This document shows, piece after piece, positions 37,579 to 50,554 of a stretch of 64,000 nucleotides of DNA. Where the stretch lies: positions 7,378,001 through 7,442,000 of the forward strand of contig NC_043023.1 of NCBI RefSeq assembly GCF_006345805.1, written 5' to 3'. The translations under genes and the position numbers were made by a program. The first letter of the stretch is position 1. Each line of letters opens with the position of its first letter. The notes beneath the pieces were generated by a model, which was not told the origin of the DNA, searched no databases, and saw nothing but the letters and a program-made list of their open reading frames with translations. This stretch comes from Octopus sinensis. Lineage: Eukaryota.

Positions 37579-40557
37579 CAACTACCGATCAGGCCAAACA
37601 TACCAGCCAAATGACTACATCCTTGCAAGGCAAAGGGGAGAGATGGCTGCTTATAAATGCCAAAACCTTCCCAGGCAAAGAATGTACCCCAAACATAGAC
37701 TGGTAGTTAGTGACTTTAGGATCAGTACTAGGAGGACAACCAGAAGACGACCAATATGGAGAAGAAGGATCTGGAAGCTTAAAGATCCTGCAAATGGACA
37801 GAGATTTAGGGACATATTACTTGAAGCTTTGACGAAGTAGAAGGGGATAGAGCATCACAGGGGGTAGAAGACAACTGGACGTTTCTAAGGGAAACCTGCT
37901 GAGAGCCACTGACCAGATCTGTGGCTGGTGCAAAGTCCCCCTCGACCTAGAATAACGTGTGGTGGGGACAATATGTAGACAGGGCTATTAGAGAAAAGAG
38001 ACAGGCTTGGAAGGTCTGGCAAAATGGGGGTAGCAGGGAATTGTATCAGACTGCCAAGAGAAGCTAGGAGACAGGTTTATTTAGCCAGAGGGGAAGCAGA
38101 TAAGAAAAAATTTGCCAATGTTCTGCGCCATGAGGACCAAAGACTGGAGGTGTTTCGCGTTGCAAGACAGTGTGTGAGAGAGAATCGTGATGTGGTAGGA
38201 GAGAAGTGTGTTCGCATGGAAGATGGTTCACTTGTGCTAAATGAGGATGCAAAGAGAGAGGTTTGGAGACGCCACTATGAAAGGTTGCTGAATAAAGAAA
38301 ATGAATGAGATAAAGAGAGTCTGCCGAATGTTGACCCAACAGAGGGACCAGCAATCCGAGCTGATAGTTCCTTGGTAGCTAAGGCAATTAGAAGCATGAA
38401 GACAGGGAAAGCCCTAGGCCCATCAGGAATCACTGCAGAGATGCTCAAAATGTCTGGTAGTGTCGGCTATAGCCTAGTCACCCGTTTAGTTAATCAGGTG
38501 ATACACAAAGGAGTCATACCCAATGACTGGTGTAGCAGCATAATAGTCAACTGCTACAAAGGTAAAGGTGACACCCTAGATACAAATAACTACAGAGGTA
38601 TCAAGCTGTTGGATCAGGTGATGAAGGTCACGGAGAGGGTCATAGCCCAACTAATTAGAGAGAGAGAGTTAGTTTAGATGAGATGCAGTTTGGGTTTGTG
38701 CCAGGGAAAAGTACCACTGATGCTTACCACTGGTAAGGCAGCTGCAGGAGAAATACCTAGCCAAAGATAAGCCCCTGTACCTGGCTTTTGTTGACATGGA
38801 GAAAGCCTTCGACAGGGTTCCCCGATCCCTTATCTGGTGGTCAATGAGGAAACTAGGGATAGATGAATGGTTAGTGAGAGCTGTGCGGGCCATGTATAGG
38901 GACGCTGCTAGTAAGGTGAGGGTTGGCAACGAGTACAGTGAAGAATTCCGGGTAGAGGTAGGGGTCCACCAAGGCTCAGTTCTCAGCCCCCTCCTATTTA
39001 TCGTAGTCCTCCAGTCAATAACGGAGGAATTCAAGACAGGATGCCCTTGGGAGCTCCTCTATGCTGATGACCTTGCTCTAATTGCTGAGTCGCTATCAGA
39101 ACTGGAGGAGAAGTTTCAGGTGTGGAAACAAGGATTAGAATCGAAGGGCCTCAGAGTCAATCTAGCTAAAACCAAAGTCGTAATCAGTAGGAAGGTAGAC
39201 AAATCACAAACGCCTTCAGGTAGATGGCCCTGCTCGATCTGTAGGAAAGGTGTAGGTAGAAACTCTATAAGATGCTCCAAGTGTAAGCTATGGACACATA
39301 AGAGGTGCAGCAATGTCAAAGGAAGGCTAACTAGGAAGATGGTTTTTGTATGTGGCAGATGCTCAGGAACAATAAACACTGAAAATGCTCTGAGACCAAC
39401 TTCCGTCACTTTCCAGGGAGAAAAACTAGAAATAGTTGATAGTTTCCGTTACCTAGGTGACCAAGTCAGCAGCGGGGGCGAGTGTGCTGAAAGTGTAACT
39501 GCTAGAGTAAGAATAGCTTGGGCAAAGTTCAGAGAGCTCTTACCTCTGCTGGTGACAAAAGGCCTCTCGCACAGAGTGAAAGGCAGACTGTATGATGCAT
39601 GTGTACGAACAGCCATGCTACATGGCAGTGAAACATGGGCCGTGACTGCTGAGGATATGCGTAAGCTCGCAAGAAATGAAGCCAGTATGCTCCGATGGAT
39701 GTGTAATGTCAGTACTCATACTCGGCAGAGTGTAAGTACCTTGAGAGAAAAGCTGGACCTAAGAAGCATCAGTTGTGGTGTGCAAGAGAGATGTTTGCGC
39801 TGGTATGGTCATGTGGCGAGAATGGATGAAGATAGTTGTGTGAAAAAGTGCCACACCCTAGCTGTTGAGGGAACCTGCGGAAGAGGCAGACCCAAGAAAA
39901 CCTGGGACGAGGTGGTGAAGCACGACCTTCGAACTTTAGGTCTCACTGAGGAAAGGACCAGAGACCGAGACCTCTGGAAGTGTGCTGTGCGCGAGAAGAC
40001 CCGGCAGGACAAGTGAGTCCATAACCCGTGGCCTTCTACATGGGATGGAGCCAGCCTACGTATGCATACCTTCCCTTCTTGGGACACAAAACTCTACTTG
40101 TGAAGACCTGTTGAGGCAAGTGAGGATCAGAATCGAAATCGATCAATGGAAATTGCAGATGTGTTACCAGTGCCGGTGACATGTAAGAGAACCTTCCATT
40201 TCGCGACCGTTGCCAGCACCGCCCCGACTGGCCTCGTGCCGATGGCACATAAAAAGCACCATCCGTTCGTGTCCGTTGCCCGCCTCGCCTGGCCCTCGTG
40301 CCGGTGGCACATAAAAAGCACCATCCATTCGTGGCCGTTTGCCAGCTCTGTCTGGCACCTGTGCGGGTGGCACGTAAAAAGCACCCACTACACTCACGGA
40401 GTGGTTGGCGTTAGGAAGGGCATCCAGCCGTAGAAACACTGCCAGATTTAACTGGGCCTGATGAAGCCTTCTGGCTTCACAGACCCCAGTAGAACCCTCC
40501 AACCCATGCTAGCATGGAAAACGGACGCTAAACGATGATGATAATGATGATGATGAT
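37578..40557 (+). mobile_element. 5'-truncated RTE-clade LINE (end of APE endonuclease, RT, 3' UTR, (GAT)n tail)
   Basis: DYIL...HRLVVSDF (APE C-terminus), YRGIKLL, QFGFVPGKSTTDA, AFVDMEKAFDRV, GVHQGSVLSPLLF, LLYADDL; the upstream part is frameshifted. Confidence 0.93.
38796..40016 (+). pseudogene. Intact 406-codon segment of RTE ORF2 (RT core, PHD-like finger, C-terminus)
   Basis: ORF track; motifs as listed for the element. Confidence 0.9.
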
Positions 40558-40599
40558 ACAGGTGAAATTTATAGAAAAACGAAAGTTGAAGATAGAAAA

Positions 40600-40810
40600 T
40601 GTGTGTGTTTGTATTTGTATTTGCACCTCTGCCATTGCTTGACAACCGGTGTTGGTGTGTTTATGTCTCATTAACTTAGCGGTTCGGGAAAAGAGACCGA
40701 TAGAATAAGTACTAGGTTTACAAAAATAAGTCCTGGGATCGATTTGTTTGAATAAATGCAGTGCTCCAGCATGGCAGCAGTCAAATTACTGAAGCATGTA
40801 AGACTAACAG
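40600..40810 (+). mobile_element. SINE family A, 3' half
   Basis: Homology to the other copies. Confidence 0.75.
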
Positions 40811-40849
40811 AATAGAAAAATGCATGAATAATATCAAATACATAGAAAT

Positions 40850-41022
40850 ACTTTGACAGATAGACAGGCAGAACACAGATAGACAGACAGAACACAGACA
40901 GACAGGCAAGTAGGCACACAGGCAGATAGATAGATAGTTAGATAGATAGATAGACGGACAGACAGACAGATAGATAGATAGAGAGACAGACACCTAGATA
41001 GATAGATAGATAGATAGATGGG

Positions 41023-41056
<34 letters not shown>

Positions 41057-41250
41057 TGTTTCTTTATTAGCCACACAGGACTGCACACAGACAGGACAAA
41101 ATTACAAGGTAGAGCTTTTCTTTTGGGGGTAAAAGAAGGGGTTTGGTTTTCGATCAAAAGGGATCGAAAAAGGAAAGAAAGAGGACAAAAAAAGGGGAAG
41201 ATTTTAAAAAAAGGATGGGGGAGAAAAGGGGAGAGGAAAAAAAAGATAGA

Positions 41251-41284
<34 letters not shown>

Positions 41285-41480
41285 AATAGATAGATAGATA
41301 GATAAATAAATAGATGTATGTATGTGTGTATGTATTATGTCTGTGTATGTGTGTATGTATGTATGTATGTATGTGTGTATGTATGTCTGTGTGTATGTGT
41401 GTATGTATGATAGATATATATAGAGATAGAATAGATAGACAGACGGACAGACAGAGAGGCAGGCAGGCAGGTATGCAGAC
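40850..41480. repeat. (GATA)n/(GACA)n and (TATG)n microsatellites
   Basis: Direct inspection. Confidence 0.9.
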
Positions 41481-41949
41481 ATGCAGGTAGACAGGCTGAT
41501 GACTAGTGCTCATACACCTTAAATCTGTTTGATGTCCAATGAATGAATTGTTTTACTGTTTATACACCAGGGACCTTCTAAGTGGATGCACCACATGCTA
41601 GTAATAACAGCAATGTCTCTCTCTCTTTCTTCACTCATGCACCACTGACTGTGATTAAAAACGAAAAAAAATAGAGGAGTGGAGAGGGTCACATTTGATT
41701 CATATATGCCAAGATACACTGTGAGTGTATGTATATGTATATATAGATATACATACATATACGTGAATGTGTGTATGTGTTTATTAATATATATGAATGT
41801 ATGTATGGATGGATGTATGAATGTATGGATGTATGTGTGTGTGTACATATATGCATGAATGTGTGTATATATTCATCTATGTATGTATATGTATATATAT
41901 GCGCAAGTGAGTGTGCACATATTTACATACTGCAGCTATTCACACACAC

Positions 41950-42101
41950 ACACACACATATCTATCTATTTGTATGTGTGTGTAATATATATATATATAT
42001 ATATATAATATATGTATGTATATGTATGTATATATATATATGAATGTATGTGTATATGTATGTATATATATATATGAATGTATGTATATATATATATATA
42101 T

Positions 42102-42191
<90 letters not shown>

Positions 42192-42996
42192 TATATGTGT
42201 ATGTGTGTGTATATGTATATATATGTATATATATATATACATAGAGAGGGAGGAGGACTCATGTGTGCCTATAAACACACATGTATATATTTATTCAGAT
42301 ATATACATATATATTTACTCACATACTTGCATATGCCTACATACACACACATGCACACTTACATATGTACATGCACGCACACAGCATAAATACAAGCATA
42401 TATACATGCATATATACATACATACACACATACATACACACATACATACATACAACATACATACATACATACATACACACCTACATTCATATACACACAC
42501 ATGCAGACATACATACATATATGCATGCATACATACATATATACTCACAGACACACACACACACACATATATATATACATACAAGGGCATACATACATAC
42601 ATCCACACACATACTAACATACATACATACACATACAGATATACATACATATATACACACACACATATGCATACACACATACACACATATAGATATCCAT
42701 ACATATGTATGTACACACACATACATACATACATACATGCATGCATACACACCTACATACATACACACACATACGTACAGATATCCATCCACATACTAAT
42801 ATACATACATACACATATATATATACATACATACACACATACATACACACACAGTCATATATATATATATATATATATACACATACACATACATACAAGC
42901 ATATAAACATACGTACATTCATATATACATAAGTATGTACATACATACACACACATACATACATACATACATACATACATACACACACACATACAC

Positions 42997-43029
<33 letters not shown>

Positions 43030-43875
43030 CATACATACACACACACATACATACATACATACACACATACATACATACACACACATACATACATACATAC
43101 ATACATACATACACAACATACATACATACATACATACATACATACATACACACATACATACATACACACACACATACACACATACATACATACATACATA
43201 CATACACACATACATACATACATACATACATACATACATACACACATACATACATACACACACACATACATACATACATACATACATACATACATACACA
43301 CATACATACATACATACACACATACATACATACATACATACATACATACACACATACATACATACATACATACACACACACATACATACATACATACATA
43401 CATACATACATACATACATACACACATACATACATACATACATACATACATACATACATACATACATACACACATACATACATACACACATACATACATA
43501 CATACATACATACATACATACATACATACATACATACATACATACATACATACACACATACATACACACATACATACATACACACATACATACATACACA
43601 CATACATACACACATACATACACACATACATACACATACATACATACACACATACATACACACATACATACACACATACATACATACATACATACATACA
43701 TACATACATACATACACACATACATACACATACATACATACACACATACATACATACATACACACATACATACATACATACATACATACATACACACATA
43801 CATACATACATACACACATACATACATACATACACACATACATACATACATACATACATACATACATACATACAC
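41950..43875. repeat. Compound (TA)n/(CA)n tract ending in about 950 bp of (CATA)n/(CACA)
   Basis: Direct inspection. Confidence 0.95.
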
Positions 43876-44106
43876 TTCTCATCACTCTGCGACATTCTGA
43901 GCAATACTACAGCTGCTAAAATACACGACCAAAAATCAAACTCCATGATATCATTACTTAAAAGCAGGCGACATTGAACACTTGCATGCAACAGAGGTGT
44001 GCATATACAGCTACATATATCTGTCTTTCTGCCTATCTACTTACCAAACTGTCTGTCTATCTTTCTATCCATCGCTCACATTTGTTTGTCTATATATTTA
44101 TCTGTG

Positions 44107-44154
<48 letters not shown>

Positions 44155-44234
44155 CAGTAATCTGTCTGTCTATCCCTCTATCTATCTATCTATTTTTTAA
44201 TTTTTTTATCTATCTATCAGTATTTACATCTCTG

Positions 44235-44272
<38 letters not shown>

Positions 44273-44563
44273 ACACACACATACAACCAATTACATATAT
44301 ACATACACTATATACAATATATATACATATATAGATAGATAGAAATATATAGATATATATCCACAGATAGATATAAATATATATATATATATGTATACAC
44401 ACACATGCACAAATGAATTATATATACATGTCTCAAACCTGTGCCACTTGCTGTCAAATGGTTATTCAGAAATTCTCAACACGTTAGAATAAATTTATAT
44501 ATACATATATATATACATATATCTCACACACACACACACTCTGACTCTCACATGCACACATAC

Positions 44564-44633
<70 letters not shown>

Positions 44634-44999
44634 AATATATACATACGTTCTTCTCCTTCTTCTTCCCTACCAAGATTCACAATGACATCAAACCCACAAG
44701 AGTAAACAAGAGAGACAGAGACAGGCAGAAACAAGGAAAATGCCACTTGTATTTGAACACTATGCAAATATTCTTTTAAAAAAATCTTTTCTTTTAATTT
44801 TCCCAAATTTTTTTTCCATACTTACAATTGAAAAAGTCTCAATGACTGAAACTGGTACTGAAATGTTTTTTATAAAATTAATTTAGCATTTTCTACCTTT
44901 ACTGTTTTTTCCATATATACATACATACATATATATATACACACATAAATACAAAAAGATATTTGTGTACATAAAGATGCATCTATTTATACACACACA

Positions 45000-45410
45000 C
45001 ATTTAACTTATGGATTGAAATTTGTAACGATCGCCAAAGCTGGACATCATTGCATCATATCTAAAGATCTTGCCCTCCTTATCTAGTAAGGACTCAGTAC
45101 TGTAACAGATTAGGGTTCAAGGCCCCAACTTTTCAACACTCTGCCAAACTACCTCAAAGATCTGCAAGGGGTAGATATGGATATTTACAAAGAACACTTG
45201 GACTAGTTTTTTTTTTTATCTGAAATACCAGATGCATCCACATTGTACCAGGAAACACAAAAAAGAGCAACTTTGTTGAACTCGCTGCTTCACCACGAAC
45301 AGTTCGGAAGTGGGAGCCAGGGAATGTATGTGAAATATAAAATGCAATTACACTAACTGCGGTGCCCCAGCATGGCCGCAGCATCCGGTCGGAACCAGCG
45401 AAAGGAAAAA
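45000..45410 (+). mobile_element. 3' end of a diverged CR1-like LINE (same group as 7971-10255)
   Basis: RTQYCNRLGFK.P.LFNTLPNYLKDLQGVDMDIYKEHLD..LSEIPD...RA..LNSLLH (with frameshifts), then the GGTGCCCCAGCATGGCCGCAG tail. Confidence 0.75.
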
Positions 45411-45419
45411 TAATATATC

Positions 45420-45482
45420 ATCATCATCATCATCGTCGTTGTTGTTTAACGTCCGTTTTCCGTGCTAGCACGGGTTGGACGG
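45420..45482 (-). mobile_element. Ultra-short RTE 3' tail
   Basis: Minus strand CCGTCCAACCCGTGCTAGCACGGAAAACGGACGTTAAAC plus (GAT)n. Confidence 0.75.
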
Positions 45483-46374
45483 CGAAAAAAAAAAAATATA
45501 TATATATATATATGTATGTATGTATATAGCCTAACTTCAGATATGGTTGGTCAGTGTATACTTGTGACTGGAAATATATCATGATTAACTTTACAGAGAA
45601 AAGTTGAATGGTTTAACTGTTCTACATCTATCACACACACACATACATATATACATACATACATACGTATATACAGACATACATTCATACATACATTCGT
45701 ACATACATTCATACATACTTACATATATACATCCATACGGACATACATTGATACATACATACATTCATACACAGATATACATACACACATACATATATAT
45801 ATACATACATTCATCTATACATATATACATACATACATACATACACACATACATACATTCATACATACATATGTACACACATACTCACAAACATACATAC
45901 ATACACAATCATTCATACATACATTCATACATACATATATACATTCATACATACATATATACACACATTCATGCATATATGTACACACATACATCCATAC
46001 ATACATTCATACATATACATACAAATATTCACCCATCCAACCATACATACATTCATACATACATATATATATATACATACAATCATACATCCATACATAC
46101 ATGCACACACATACACACATACATACATACATGCACACACATACACACATACATGCATGCATAGACAAATACGTACGTATGTGAATAGATGCATAGAGAT
46201 GGGTGAATGCATCGACACCTCTTCTAACACCCCAACTCAACAACGACCAGGATCTCCCTTAACTCCAAAAGCCTTATTACTTTGTTAGCGACTGGCTTGA
46301 ACTCCCTGAAGAAAAACTTAAACTCAAAGAAAAAAACACATATACATATATAAATATATACATATACAAACATA

Positions 46375-46555
46375 CTGTATTTTAACATGTCCCAGAAGCC
46401 CCTTTTTTGTCAATAATTAGGTTAAAAAATATGGGAGTTTCTTCTACATGGATAGTATTATAATCCCTTAAAAAAATCATTTTTCCCCCCAATTTTAAGC
46501 CCCCAAAATTAGGGTTCCTTCTACACAAGGATTCCTTATACACTTTAAAATACAG
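46375..46555. mobile_element. Tc1/pogo-type MITE (181 bp)
   Basis: TIR CTGTATTTTAA / TTAAAATACAG with TA on both sides. Confidence 0.6.
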
Positions 46556-46589
46556 TACATACATACATACATATATATATTTATTAATA

Positions 46590-46830
46590 AAGGATCAAAA
46601 GTCCTTCCCATGACATAGACGCATGTGGCCTATTTCCCAGATTCTGTGTCACATTTATTCTTCCCCTGGATAGTACGCCAGTCTCTCTCAGGATTATTCA
46701 CTTTTACCAGCTGAATAGATTGGAGTAATGTGAGATGAAATGTTTTGCTCAAGAACACAGCGTATCACCTGGGGCATGAATTGTAACCACAACCTTGCTA
46801 TCATGAGCACAACACCCTAACCACTAAACC
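46590..46830 (-). mobile_element. tRNA-derived SINE family C (old copy)
   Basis: Minus strand TGGTTTAGTGGTTAGGGTG...TGTGTTCTTGAGCAAAACA; homologous to 61989-62225. Confidence 0.7.
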
Positions 46831-47167
46831 AAACCGCTTCATATATATATGTGTATATATGTGTGTAAGAAAAAAGGAGACGAGGAATGAACGATTATCT
46901 TATGAACTCCATTAGCTTACAGATGTTTCTGCTATAAAATGCAGTGGATGCATAGTTGTGAGCCAAAGTAACACCTTACAATTTCATATATATATATACA
47001 TACTCACCACACACATATATATATATAACATATACATACATATACATACGCTTAGATATATATATATATTATATATATATATTATATATATATATGTGGT
47101 GTGTAAAAAAATATAAACTGGGACAAGAACGCAAAACATTTAGAAGACGATACAAAAAACACTATAA

Positions 47168-47218
<51 letters not shown>

Positions 47219-47603
47219 CAATAGGAAAATGGAGGAGATCAATAGATGGTTCATCAACTTTAGACATTATATTATGTTAACTTATTTATTTATTTACTAA
47301 ACTTAACTGAACTGATAATTACAATAATATACATACATATAACATATTATGCTTTACATATAAGATATAAAATATAGTAACATATAAGGATACCAGCAGG
47401 GTTGGATTCCCAACCTCCAACTTTCTTGGAGTTATATATATATATATATAGATATATAATTAGAGAAAAACCACTATTATGTAATTCAAACAATGATAGA
47501 CGTAAATCATACCATATAGAAAAAACAAAATATATGATAAAACATTTATCTAGATCACAATAAAGTACATAATAATAAACAGCATATAATTAATACTCCC
47601 TAA

Positions 47604-47659
<56 letters not shown>

Positions 47660-47844
47660 TATCATTATTATTATTATTATATATATATAATTCTCCCATA
47701 TATATATATATACCAAAGTAAGCACATAAATGTGAAACCATGTGGGGAAAAATAGTACTCGAACGCCAGAGGTGGAGTAATATGCTTCATTGATATTAAA
47801 ACTGCAAAAACTTCACAAAAATATCACAAAAATATCACAAAAAA

Positions 47845-47880
47845 CTGCTACTTAGTGTCACATTCCCGCTCATCTGACAG
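47845..47880 (-). ncRNA. Degenerate minimal hammerhead motif
   Basis: CTGT-CAGATGA-GCG[GGAA]TGT-GACA-CTAAG-TA^GCAG; two core substitutions (U4A, A14C). Confidence 0.4.
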
Positions 47881-47965
<85 letters not shown>

Positions 47966-48132
47966 CACACACACATATATATATACTTATAAATATGTAA
48001 ACACACAGATACATTCACACATACATACACACACATAGAATTTCATACAATTTCACTGATAAAACTAGAGACCCTATTTATGACCGACAAGTGAAAATGT
48101 ATCTCAAACACTACCTAAAACGTTGTTTCCAC

Positions 48133-48730
48133 ATGGTCTCGCCAATCACTTGGCTCTGGTCAATATTGTCTGTGGTGGTGGCCACCATCTGTACATCCAG
48201 TCTTTTCCAGCCATTCTGGTTCCTAAACCCTGATTTTACACACTCGTTCGGAATGTTGGCCTACTGTCATTTAGATCAAACGGCAAACTCAGATGATCTG
48301 CAGCAAATTCCACAATGTGCCTCTCCTGGACTCCATGTGTCTTCTACTGTTCCCAGGACCCTTACTATCCCTGTGACCTCTGCTTCACCTGGAACCCCTT
48401 CGTCACCTACTGTCTCCAAATCCTTTGCTTATCCTGGGACTTCTGTTACTCCTGGGACTTCTGTTACTCCTGGGATTTCTGTTACTCCTGGACATCCTGT
48501 GGCACTTGTAGCCCACTCCGTTCACTCCATGCCAGTGTGTCATAACTACGGTGGCGCAATGTTACTGGGTAAGTTACCTACCCTTTCCTGGCAGGTTGCT
48601 GCAGTGCTGTATGGATCAGGTTGTTTCTTGACAGTCACGAGTTCAATCCTCACCTTGCTTGCTCTGATCGTGCCCTTTGCTCTTGAACAGAAAATCGCCC
48701 GGATCTGTGGATTGTTACAATCATTAGCAG
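48133..48730 (+). CDS. LHFPL: First coding exon of an LHFPL (lipoma HMGIC fusion partner-like) tetraspan protein; paralogue uncertain
   Basis: MVSPITWLWSILSVVVA (TM1)...PFWF...SFGMLAYC...C(HN)YGG...LPTLSWQVAAVLYGSGCFLTV (TM2)...ICGLLQSLA, then a phase-1 donor CAG|GTAAGT at 48730/48731. The motif order fits the LHFPL family. An alternative in-frame ATG lies at 48097. Confidence 0.82.
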
Positions 48731-48880
48731 GTAAGTTCACATTACATCTATCACTCTTTTTCTTTCTACATCAAACCTCCATTAAATATGTATATATATC
48801 TCTACATTTTGTGACCGCGTGTGTACCGTTGGCAATTTTTTTCCTCCGTCTTCCCTTCTCTGGATCTTTCCTTTTCCTGT

Positions 48881-48915
48881 GTTTCTGATGAAGAGCTCCA
48901 CTCGAAATGTAAAAC
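48881..48915 (+). ncRNA. Minimal type I hammerhead motif in a PLE-like repeat remnant (about 48800-49010)
   Basis: GTTT-CTGATGA-A-GAG[CTCCA]CTC-GAAA-TG-TA^AAAC; core intact. Confidence 0.65.
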
Positions 48916-49219
48916 CCTCCTTCTTCCCTTCCTTCCTGAGCATCCAATAATACTATATTTGTTGTGCGTCCTCACATTGTTGTGTTTTCTCTTCGTGTTT
49001 TCATGTTTGGATTAACTTTATATATATATATATAACACCAAGTAAGATAGGGGTTGTGGGTCCAACCCACTAAGGGATAATACTTATCCAATATACTGTT
49101 GGTATAATACCCAAATTATTAACACACAAGTGTTTTTAATTGCAATGCAATAAACTTACTTATTGTATTAAATGGGTGAAGGTAAAGAAATATTTTACCA
49201 TTAATTTATATTACAAAAA

Positions 49220-49319
49220 AAAATGGAGAAACACATTAGTTGGTTTATCAACTTCAGATATTAGAAGTCAACATTCTAATCCTAAAGTTGATAAACCAAC
49301 TAATGTGTTTCTCCATTTT
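49220..49319. repeat. 100-nt hairpin with 35-bp perfect arms
   Basis: AAAATGGAGAAACACATTAGTTGGTTTATCAACTT and its reverse complement at 49285-49319; the spacer has a further ATTAGAA/TTCTAAT stem. Confidence 0.9.
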
Positions 49320-49749
49320 CTTATTTGTTATATATATATATTATATATATATATATATATAATATATATATATATTATATATTATTATATATATATATAG
49401 CACAAAGTAAGATAGGTTATGGGTGTGACCCACTATGGGATATCATTTATCCAATATACGTTCTGATTTGTAAAATGAATAAATAATCTAACATTATTAT
49501 ATCCGTAAGTTGATGAACCAACAAATTTGTTTCTCCATTTTCTTATTTGTATTATATAATATATATATATATATATATATGTGTATATGTATATATATAT
49601 GCATATATATATTTATATATGCCTATATATACTCACACACAAGCACAAAAAAACATATACATGTATCTATAAGTGTGTATATAAATATATAATATATACT
49701 TGTGTATCTGTGTGTGTATGTATGTGTATGTATATATATATATATATAT

Positions 49750-49780
<31 letters not shown>

Positions 49781-49885
49781 ATATATTATAAATAGACATA
49801 ATATAATGTCTAAAAGTTGATGAATACCACCTCTAGATCCCCTCCATTTTCTTATTGCTCTCTCGCTCTCTCACTCTCTCTCTCT

Positions 49886-49917
<32 letters not shown>

Positions 49918-50003
49918 TATATATATATCTGTGTGTGTATGATTGTGTATATAAATGCACATATCTATAGCTATATTTATATATTGATATATATGTGTGT
50001 GTG

Positions 50004-50035
<32 letters not shown>

Positions 50036-50051
50036 ACAACGATAAATGTTG

Positions 50052-50350
50052 CCCTTTTCAAGCCTAGCCAGGCTCATGGGCCCATTTCCTGGTTTCTGTG
50101 GCATATGTGTTTCCCCGCAGCTGGACGGGACGCCAGTCCATCGCAGCATTGCTCAAGAAACAGGAAGAGAGAGTGAGAGAAATTTGGGGTGAAAGAGTAC
50201 AACAGGGGTTGTCACCACCCACTGCCGGAGCCTCGTGGAGCTTTAAGGTGTTTTTGCTCAATAAACACACATAATACCCGGTCTGGGATTCAAATCCGCG
50301 ATCCTCCAACTGCAAGTCCGCTACCCTACCCGCTGGGCCATTGCGCCTCC
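50052..50350 (-). mobile_element. Mosaic SINE: family B head and body with family C tail
   Basis: The 5' part matches 54733-54905; the 3' part matches 62135-62225. Confidence 0.7.
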
Positions 50351-50369
50351 ACACACACACACACACACA

Positions 50370-50545
50370 TATATATAGGTTCAGGCATGATTATGTGGTA
50401 AGAAGCTTGCTTCGCAACCACATGGTTCCAGGCTCAGTGTTACTACTGCACGGCACCTTGGGCAAGTATTTTCTGCTATAGCCTCAGTCCAACCAAATCC
50501 TTGTAAGTAGATTTGGTAGGTGGAAACTAAAAGAAGCCTGTCACA
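50370..50545 (+). mobile_element. SINE family A, 5' half (old)
   Basis: Homology to the other copies. Confidence 0.7.
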
Positions 50546-50554
50546 TATATATAT

